Virus record (IMG/VR): IMGVR_UViG_3300022916_000894
Length of the DNA: 18,475 nucleotides
Strand: one strand, 5' to 3'
Source of the DNA: a virus
Lineage: Duplodnaviria > Heunggongvirae > Uroviricota > Caudoviricetes
In this document: piece after piece, positions 1 through 5,473 of the stretch
How positions within the stretch are numbered: the stretch's first letter is position 1
How the letters are laid out: each line of letters starts with the position of its first letter
Notes under the pieces: model-generated
Databases searched by the model: none
What the model saw: only the letters and a program-made list of their open reading frames with translations
Told to the model about the DNA's origin: nothing
Position numbers and translations under genes: made by a program

Positions 1-1382
1 TCAATATACGTTTTCAATGTCCCATCGTATCCTTCTAATGCACCCGCTGGTGTCCTCAACACCATCTTTTCCAAATCTTCTTTTCCGCCCACATAATCTT
101 CTACTTTGCCAGTCAATATATTGTAATACAATGAGTTGATTGTCAAATCACGACGGAGTACATCGTCTTCTACATTGTTAGTTAAAACTATAGTTGGCTT
201 TCTGCTTTCTGAATCATATATTTCTTTTCTCATTGGCACAAATTCAATCTTTTGCCCAAAGATATTTATGCCGCCGACTTTTAATGTCTCTTCGCCTTCA
301 TCACCATCTTTATCTACTAGTTTTTCAAGACTGACTTCATGGGCATTCCCCACGCCGTCTATATTATGATCACGAGCATATTTCGACATATAGTTTGCCA
401 ACTGTATACCAGATATATTGGTAGCGATATCAATATCGTCACTCTCATATCCCATTAGCTTATCACGGACCCATCCGCCAGCAACTCTACATTCTGCATC
501 CATTCCTTTTTGTTTCAAATCTGCTATAACCATCTTTATGAAATTAAATATCTTTTGTTCTATTTCTGACAGTTGGATATTATCATTCAATTGAGCCATT
601 TTAATTGATTTGACAGTATGAGCATGTCTAACCATATTGCTCCAAAATTCCGTATTACGAAGTTTGAGCCATGTTTGCGGTCTATACTTATGTTCTCTGT
701 ATCTAAGATTTTTAGCTTGTTGTACACGATCCCATTTACGGTTAATAGCATCGGCAACTGCTTCCTCTTCAGTGTCGGCGTGTATAGTTTCGTCTTCAAT
801 GCCTAGCTGAGATATATTGACTATATACGCATTTAAAGCAGCAGCCAATTTGGGATTAGACAAACCTGGAACTTTAGTATCAACTATCATATCGCACTTA
901 ATATCTTCTTCCTTTAAAATGTTTTGTACATCTTCGATTGTTTTCTTGCTCAATTTAGATGAAATATAGATTCTTTTTAAAGAGTTATGCAATGAAGAAT
1001 AATATTCTCCTATAGCCAATCCGCCAAAGCAGCTATAATCATCTTTAGAAATATCTATACATAGAAGCAAGGGGTAATCTTGTAAATACTTTTGTGTAAA
1101 CTTATAAGAAAATAGCATTGGCTTAATAGACGGAATTCTGTCTTGTGACAACGCCAACCGCAATTCTACCACATCCAATGGGTAATATCCCTTGTTCGAT
1201 TCTATTTTGTTCTGAATCAAATCCTCTAATAGCATCTGAGGATTTTGAATCAATTCATATGATAAATAACGAAATGAATTAAGTAAATCGCACAAGCAGG
1301 CAGACTGATCATATTTAAATGAAGTATCACATAGAATTTCATTTATCTTTTCGTGAACAGATTTTGCTTGTGCGTCTCCCAT
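1..1382 (-). CDS. cca: Class II tRNA nucleotidyltransferase (CCA-adding enzyme / PolA superfamily) with a 261-aa N-terminal extension; 3' end runs off the window
   Basis: Manual translation: ATG at 1382 (GGAGG SD at 1389-1393) is open to base 1, which is why it is absent from the ORF track. The catalytic head starts near the in-frame Met at 599 and has RVAGGWVRDKLMGYESDDIDIA (motif A, DxD), IEFVPMRKEIY, DDVLRRDLTINSLYYN and VEDYVGGKEDL. No bacterial poly(A)-polymerase G[RK][RK]F signature was seen, so CCA is favoured, but specificity is not proven. Confidence 0.85.
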   Translation of the reverse strand, partial: MGDAQAKSVHEKINEILCDTSFKYDQSACLCDLLNSFRYLSYELIQNPQMLLEDLIQNKIESNKGYYPLDVVELRLALSQDRIPSIKPMLFSYKFTQKYLQDYPLLLCIDISKDDYSCFGGLAIGEYYSSLHNSLKRIYISSKLSKKTIEDVQNILKEEDIKCDMIVDTKVPGLSNPKLAAALNAYIVNISQLGIEDETIHADTEEEAVADAINRKWDRVQQAKNLRYREHKYRPQTWLKLRNTEFWSNMVRHAHTVKSIKMAQLNDNIQLSEIEQKIFNFIKMVIADLKQKGMDAECRVAGGWVRDKLMGYESDDIDIATNISGIQLANYMSKYARDHNIDGVGNAHEVSLEKLVDKDGDEGEETLKVGGINIFGQKIEFVPMRKEIYDSESRKPTIVLTNNVEDDVLRRDLTINSLYYNILTGKVEDYVGGKEDLEKMVLRTPAGALEGYDGTLKTYI

Positions 1383-1384
1383 TT

Positions 1385-1534
1385 TTAACCTCCGCAACCA
1401 CATCCGCCTCGTTTCTTACGCAGAGAAGGGAATGCATTTGCTGTCTTTTTAGTTGGCTTCCTTTGATCAATTCTTCTCTTTAAAGCCTGTTTCTTTATAT
1501 CTTTTTTTAACTGTTTCAAATTGAATTTAGCCAT
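1385..1534 (-). CDS. Small basic protein (49 aa) ending in GGCGCGG
   Basis: Manual translation MAKFNLKQLKKDIKKQALKRRIDQRKPTKKTANAFPSLRKKRGGCGCGG*. It exactly fills the gap between neighbouring minus-strand genes (3-nt and 2-nt gaps). It is below the ORF-track length cut-off. Confidence 0.7.
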   Translation of the reverse strand: MAKFNLKQLKKDIKKQALKRRIDQRKPTKKTANAFPSLRKKRGGCGCGG

Positions 1535-1537
1535 AAT

Positions 1538-2182
1538 TTATCCCTTTGGAACAATTTCCTCTTCTACACTATGAATTAACTTATTCCATATAGTCTTAAT
1601 AACCTCTTTGACATCATCGCTATTAGTTTTCTTCAACTCTTCTTGAATGATATTTTTGAAATTATTAATCAATATTTGTACAGGCTGCATAGTCTGATCA
1701 ATCGCTTGCAAATCTTTTTCTGCACTAGCGATTGTGTCCACTAATTTCTTTATGGCATCAGCACTACGTCGCATTTCATCTAGAGTCTGTCCTTCGGTCA
1801 TGGCTTCGATAACATACATCTTTCGATTCATGATCTTGATACGTTCTAGTATCTGCGTCCTTATATTATAATGCTCCTTCAAAATACTTGAAATCTGAGA
1901 AGCATATTCTTTTACAGCCATCTGCTGTTGCTGAACAATCAAATGGTTCATCAAATGTCGTCTAACAGAAGAATAATCTATATCTTCTCCATTTTTCTCC
2001 AAAATTCTGGAAGCAGCAGTAAAGCTATTTGTTACCAAAAACTTTTCTTCCACTTCCACCCTAGATGGAGACTGACATAGCTTACAATTCTTTTTTGAAA
2101 TAGTTCCGTCGCTTATTCCATCTGCGTAATTGACCAGCAAAGCCGGAACAACATCCGACTTTTTCTGAATTTCTTTACCCAT
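1538..2182 (-). CDS. Hypothetical protein with CxxC...H..H Zn-finger/HTH-like N-terminus and helical C-terminus (possible DNA-binding or small-terminase-like protein)
   Basis: ORF track 214 aa with CKLCQSPSRVEVE...YSSVRRHLMNHL pattern and operon-like packing. The function is a guess. Confidence 0.55.
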   Translation of the reverse strand: MGKEIQKKSDVVPALLVNYADGISDGTISKKNCKLCQSPSRVEVEEKFLVTNSFTAASRILEKNGEDIDYSSVRRHLMNHLIVQQQQMAVKEYASQISSILKEHYNIRTQILERIKIMNRKMYVIEAMTEGQTLDEMRRSADAIKKLVDTIASAEKDLQAIDQTMQPVQILINNFKNIIQEELKKTNSDDVKEVIKTIWNKLIHSVEEEIVPKG

Positions 2183-2837
2183 TCCTATTGGCCCTTTCTC
2201 TCACTTTTTTGGGGAAAACATTATTGGTAAAATCCTTACGTATGCTTTCCATCTCCGAAACTTCTGCTGTTATTTTCTCTAAAACGGTATCACAAATCTC
2301 TGAAAATTTGTCATAGTTATCTCTTGCCGTTGGATAGTATGCTACTTTCAACATCTCTTGATATTCAGGATAAGAAGAAAGTAATTTACTATCAATGATC
2401 TCTTTTAATATTTTTTGTGCTTCAGGTGGATTTTGAGCAATAGCCTTTCTCAAAAATGCCAACTTTTCGGCAGCGGTTTGAAACCGTCTGATTTTCTCAT
2501 TCAAATGATTTCTATCTGTCAGAGTAGACAAAGAAGAAGAATCAAAAGCAACTGCTTCTTTCTCTAGCTTTTTTTCCATTTTTTCTAACTCATCATAATA
2601 CTTGGGATGCTCTACCAAATGATCCATCGCTATTTCTCTAGCTAACTCTTTATTGTTGGTATGTTCCATTTCGACTCGCATACCTTTACGAAGCTGTTCT
2701 TCGTCAAAATCTTCAGTACACTTATCGTCAGCTAGGCCACCCGGCACTTTATCTTTTCGTCTTTTTTGCTGCTTTATTAGCATTCGATGCCAATATTGGC
2801 TCTGTTTCTTCATTCTCGTTTGTTGGTACCAGTTCAT
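2175..2837 (-). CDS. DUF5661-like domain protein
   Basis: KVPGGLADDK...FDEEQLRKGMRVEMEHTNNKELAREIAMDHLVEHPKYYDEL matches the recalled DUF5661 pattern (G..VE.EHT.....A..IA.DHL.E.P.YY), which is common in large viruses. Confidence 0.7.
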   Translation of the reverse strand: MNWYQQTRMKKQSQYWHRMLIKQQKRRKDKVPGGLADDKCTEDFDEEQLRKGMRVEMEHTNNKELAREIAMDHLVEHPKYYDELEKMEKKLEKEAVAFDSSSLSTLTDRNHLNEKIRRFQTAAEKLAFLRKAIAQNPPEAQKILKEIIDSKLLSSYPEYQEMLKVAYYPTARDNYDKFSEICDTVLEKITAEVSEMESIRKDFTNNVFPKKVRERANRNG

Positions 2838-3447
2838 TGATATTATCCCTCACATATAAGCCCATTAGTAAAGCATCAGATTTTCCATCGTCTTTGACTA
2901 ATTTTAATTCATTCTTTAGTCTAGAGTATTTCTTCTGACATAATAGCCTTGATTGCTTCTTGGCTTCATATTTTAATTTACGATTAGCTCTAGCTATATC
3001 TGTTTTATACTGTTTTTTTAGGGCTTTATCCTTTGTTACCTTGCTCTTTTGTTTAATGTCTTTAATTTCTTTTCGTAACTCAAGAAACAATTCAGTATCT
3101 AGCTCTTTATGGTGCCTTTTCCAAACAGCAGGAACAATTGTTAATAGTTTAAAGCCTAAAGCAACGGCTATTCCTTTTAATGATCCATAGCCCACACCAG
3201 TCGTAAAACCTGATACATTACCCTCGCCAGGTCTTACACTTTGTCTTTCAACCGCGCAGACTACATCCTTATCAATATATTCCTTACAAATCTCAACAAT
3301 TTTCTCTAAATTGTATTCGTTCTTTTTTTTCTTATTTCTCATCACTGAAACAACAGGCATTCTCGTTATCTTTGGACGTTTCCTTCCATCAATAATAGCA
3401 ATACCACCGGTCAGTCCTGGGTCAATAGATATTATTACGTAGGGCAT
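2749..3447 (-). CDS. RuvC-like Holliday junction resolvase (phage type) with Lys-rich insertion
   Basis: IISIDPGLTGGIAII (first catalytic Asp), AVERQ (Glu), GVGYG, P..WK and DGKSDALLM (C-terminal acidic residues). AAGGAG SD upstream. Confidence 0.85.
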   Translation of the reverse strand: MPYVIISIDPGLTGGIAIIDGRKRPKITRMPVVSVMRNKKKKNEYNLEKIVEICKEYIDKDVVCAVERQSVRPGEGNVSGFTTGVGYGSLKGIAVALGFKLLTIVPAVWKRHHKELDTELFLELRKEIKDIKQKSKVTKDKALKKQYKTDIARANRKLKYEAKKQSRLLCQKKYSRLKNELKLVKDDGKSDALLMGLYVRDNINELVPTNENEETEPILASNANKAAKKTKR

Positions 3448-3597
3448 ACTAATCTCCTTCCATTTATAATTATCGGAGGGACAATCAATCTACGGCAGTT
3501 TATAGTCGTTGAAGAAGTGATTTGTGTCTTTCCAATATATTTTGCATACTCATAATTATACATTTAATCAAAGCCACCAAAAACCTTTTATATAAAA

Positions 3598-3624
3598 GGG
3601 CGACAACTCAAACAGTTGCCGCCC
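3598..3624 (-). terminator. Stem-loop, possible intrinsic terminator on the minus strand
   Basis: Minus strand GGGCGGCAACT-5 nt-AGTTGTCGCCC (11 bp with one G.U, which is an A.C mismatch on plus) followed by TTTTAT. It lies in the divergent intergenic region. Confidence 0.45.
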
Positions 3625-3703
3625 TAGCAGAAAGAGAGAAAGGAGATCATTTATTTTATTTTAGTTTTTATAAGTTTTTCCTTTTTACAAATAAAAATTT
3701 TTC

Positions 3704-3709
3704 TATAAT
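3704..3709 (+). promoter_or_regulatory. Putative -10 box for the nif3-like gene
   Basis: Perfect TATAAT 17 nt before the ATG at 3727; no well-spaced -35. Confidence 0.5.
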
Positions 3710-3726
3710 TGTTTGAAGGAAGAACA

Positions 3727-4605
3727 ATGATGACACAGAATATGAGATTTCCACAAAGTCCACACTCTACTCAATATAAGGGGAATCCCCTTGTAAGAAC
3801 TCCAAAAGAGGGATTACCCTCTCAAATAGAGATTACTAATTACTTGGCAAAGATATATCCAGAAGAGTCGCCTGAGTGGAAACTTTTTTGTGACAGATGG
3901 GGATTATTTAGTGATACTCCTAATAAAATAGTTAAAAAAATTCTATTAGCTACCACACCTACTGGCCAAGTAAGGAATTACTTCATTGAAAACGATTACG
4001 ATCTCTTGGTGGGCCATCACGATTTCCTAGTAGATGTGCCACAAGTTATTATGCATATCGCAATGGATATCGAACCCAAAGGACATAATGGCTTCTTCGC
4101 CAAAAGATTTGGATTTACTCATACCAAACAAATTGCTGGAATATATTACCATGGTTTTTTGCCTAAACCCTTGTTGTTTAACGAGTTATCCGATTTATTG
4201 GAAAGAAGAGGTTTTAAAGTAGACGGTTGCATATGGAGTAAAGACCTAAACAATAAACCAATTCACGACGTTCTGTATTGTTCTGGAATGGGAGGATTGG
4301 CCTTGACTCATGCTGGTTGGGAGAATACTCCACTGCGTGTGAACGAATTTAAAGCTGATGTTTTTATTACAGGAGAATTAACATCAAATATCGATAATAC
4401 TCCTCATAGATTTGACCATATTATTGAACTTGGACATACTAATAGTGAAAAACCTTTGTTTCAATGGATAAGGAATTATCTCAAAAATAGATGGGAAAAT
4501 CTAGAAATTGATTTAGCAGATAACTCGATAGACTTTTTTGGCAGAGAGACATATAAAGCGAAGGAAAAGTTTATGTCTAGATTTAACTATGTCAACCGTT
4601 CATAA
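3727..4605 (+). CDS. NIF3/YbgI (DUF34) family metal-binding protein
   Basis: D.WGL...VKKILLA, LLVGHHD, HIAMD...GHN..FAKRFG, ADVFITGE and IELGHTNSE match NIF3 metal-binding motifs. Start placed at ATG 3727 (GAAGG SD) rather than the track's 3709. Confidence 0.8.
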   Translation: MMTQNMRFPQSPHSTQYKGNPLVRTPKEGLPSQIEITNYLAKIYPEESPEWKLFCDRWGLFSDTPNKIVKKILLATTPTGQVRNYFIENDYDLLVGHHDFLVDVPQVIMHIAMDIEPKGHNGFFAKRFGFTHTKQIAGIYYHGFLPKPLLFNELSDLLERRGFKVDGCIWSKDLNNKPIHDVLYCSGMGGLALTHAGWENTPLRVNEFKADVFITGELTSNIDNTPHRFDHIIELGHTNSEKPLFQWIRNYLKNRWENLEIDLADNSIDFFGRETYKAKEKFMSRFNYVNRS

Positions 4606-4645
4606 AAAAATTTTCACCGGCTACTTAAAAAAACGCACTTGGCGC

Positions 4646-4651
4646 TATAAT
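4646..4651 (+). promoter_or_regulatory. Putative -10 box driving the ncRNA cluster
   Basis: TATAAT ends 6 nt before G4657, the first paired base of Y-like RNA 1, which is a typical start-site spacing. Confidence 0.6.
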
Positions 4652-4656
4652 ATACT

Positions 4657-4727
4657 GAGGTCTGAAGTTTGATACCTTAACTTACATTAAATAAGGCCAA
4701 AAACGGTATTGACAACAGCTTGACTTC
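4657..4727 (+). ncRNA. Y-RNA-like RNA 1 (minimal, about 71 nt)
   Basis: GAGGTC/GACTTC terminal stem, bulged T4663, GA/TT, GTT/AAC and GATACC/GGTATT, then a loop starting TTAAC. Same architecture as the Ro60-binding helix of Y RNAs (GGUC[C]GA / UUGAC). It lies upstream of ro60, and G.U pairs indicate the plus strand. Confidence 0.8.
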
Positions 4728-4766
4728 ATTATTGAAAATAAAATACAGTTTTATATAGTCTTATCC

Positions 4767-4870
4767 GCTGGGAAATCGCTGAAAGGCGTATTTGCTACTT
4801 CGGATACGTTCGTCCCCCCGAAGGTCTTTCGAAAAGATAGCAAAAGTTGGTGCAAATCCAACCCCCAGCA
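4767..4870 (+). ncRNA. Non-canonical tRNA-like RNA with a 33-nt insert in a CU-UCG-GA (Arg-type) anticodon loop
   Basis: Acceptor GCTGGG(A)/(C)CCCAGC plus discriminator A4870. D-position hairpin CGCT-GAAA-GGCG. Stem TTTGCTA/TAGCAAA. T-arm GTTGG-TGCAAAT-CCAAC. No encoded CCA. Confidence 0.65.
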
Positions 4871-4874
4871 TTAA

Positions 4875-4936
4875 TGGTCTGAAGTTGATAGCTTAACCTA
4901 ACCTGATAACGATTGCTATCGACAACTACTCGACCA
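4875..4936 (+). ncRNA. Y-RNA-like RNA 2 (minimal, about 62 nt)
   Basis: TGGTC/GACCA, bulged T4880, GA/TC, AGTTG/CAACT, ATAGC/GCTAT; loop starts TTAAC. Confidence 0.8.
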
Positions 4937-4950
4937 AATTAGAATTAAAT

Positions 4951-5031
4951 ATGGGCTGAAGTTTATAGGTTAACTCTGATCGCGGCCTTCGCGGGCCGCA
5001 CCACCAATCCTATTTACAACAACTTGCCTAT
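4951..5031 (+). ncRNA. Y-RNA-like RNA 3 (about 81 nt) with a GC-rich internal hairpin
   Basis: ATGGGC/GCCTAT, bulged T4957, GA/TT, GTT/AAC, ATAGG/CCTAT. The loop has TTAAC, hairpin GCGGCC-TTCGCG-GGCCGC (4982-4999) and ACCACCA. Confidence 0.8.
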
Positions 5032-5071
5032 TTTTATTATATTATTTGAAAACTTCATAACGAGCATGTAT

Positions 5072-5213
5072 ACGGGCTGAAGCCAATAGGTTAACGATAT
5101 CATAAATCCGAGAACTGGGTTCGACTCCTAGCGGCCATATTTCAAGTTTTACCCTTTTATGGCTGTGGTGCAACGGTAGCACACGTAAAACGCCTATAGC
5201 AATCCTTGCCTGT
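5072..5213 (+). ncRNA. yrlA: YrlA-type Y RNA with a circularly permuted tRNA-like domain (about 142 nt)
   Basis: Ro stem ACGGGC/GCCTGT, bulged T5078, GA/TT, ATAGG/CCTAT. T-arm CTGGG-TTCGACT-CCTAG (5115-5131). Acceptor-like stem CGGCCATA/TATGGCTG (5132-5139/5158-5165) closed by a loop. D-arm GTGC-AACGGTA-GCAC (5168-5182). The T-arm, acceptor, D-arm order is the YrlA topology. Confidence 0.9.
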
Positions 5214-5221
5214 TACAATAT

Positions 5222-5374
5222 ATGCGACCAGAAACCCCTAAAGGCTATATTATTAATTATAAAATTGCTGACCACAACTGTAGGCAAATTAAAATGAAAG
5301 TTGGGAACAGGTGACAACCTGATCTGATTTATTGGATAAAAAGTGTATTAACGGCCCTGAACTTCTGGTCGTAT
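5222..5374 (+). ncRNA. Unclassified structured element (about 150 nt) closed by a 12-bp terminal stem
   Basis: ATGCGACCAGAA (5222-5233) pairs with TTCTGGTCGTAT (5363-5374). Inner pairings GGC/GCC, TATATT/AGTGTA and hairpin CAGGT-GACA-ACCTG (5308-5321). Followed by a T-run to 5382. Confidence 0.55.
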
Positions 5375-5411
5375 TTTTTTTTGCCACATCACGAAAATTT
5401 CCACTATCTCT

Positions 5412-5420
5412 TGCTATAAT
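5412..5420 (+). promoter_or_regulatory. Extended -10 promoter (TGnTATAAT) for ro60
   Basis: TGCTATAAT at 5412-5420, 53 nt before the ATG. Confidence 0.65.
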
Positions 5421-5433
5421 ACAATTGTGAGAA

Positions 5434-5452
5434 TTGACCCGAATGGGTCTGA
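5434..5452 (+). promoter_or_regulatory. Leader hairpin reproducing the Ro-binding bulged helix in permuted order (candidate autoregulatory site)
   Basis: TT-GACCC-GAAT-GGGTC-T-GA gives GACC/GGTC, a bulged T and GA/TT, 8 nt upstream of the SD. Confidence 0.55.
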
Positions 5453-5473
5453 GAAAAAGAAAGGGAGAAAATC

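Noticed and set aside
2817-2837. MNWY... N-terminus, recalled as a recurring start motif in some large-phage proteins
   Set aside because: Only one instance in the window, and the recollection cannot be verified here.
3435-3563. 42-aa minus-strand ORF (MYNYEYAKYIGKT...) with a GIY-YIG-like YIGKT
   Set aside because: Too short for a GIY-YIG nuclease, and its start overlaps the likely -10 box of the ruvC-like gene. It could be real but is unsupported.
4767-4870. Standard functional tRNA-Arg or tRNA-Ser(GCT)
   Set aside because: No uninterrupted anticodon stem-loop forms (TT-GCT-AC has no flanking stem), and conserved U8, G18G19 and U55 are missing. It is reported only as tRNA-like.
4659-5095. 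CRISPR array suggested by four GG(T/G)CTGAAG...TTAAC repeats
   Set aside because: Spacing is irregular (217, 77, 121 nt), the repeats are degenerate and each pairs with a distal partner strand. There are no cas genes. Y-RNA paralogues explain the pattern better.
5109-5185. Conventional tRNA gene around GGGTTCGACTCC
   Set aside because: The T-arm precedes the D-arm, the acceptor end is closed by a loop and there is no anticodon arm. This is the permuted YrlA domain.
5280-5312. c-di-GMP-I (GEMM) riboswitch suggested by GGCAAA...GAAA...GGGA
   Set aside because: P1 pairing is poor, the GACGCAAAGC/P2 part is absent, and it lies upstream of the ro60 promoter rather than in its leader.
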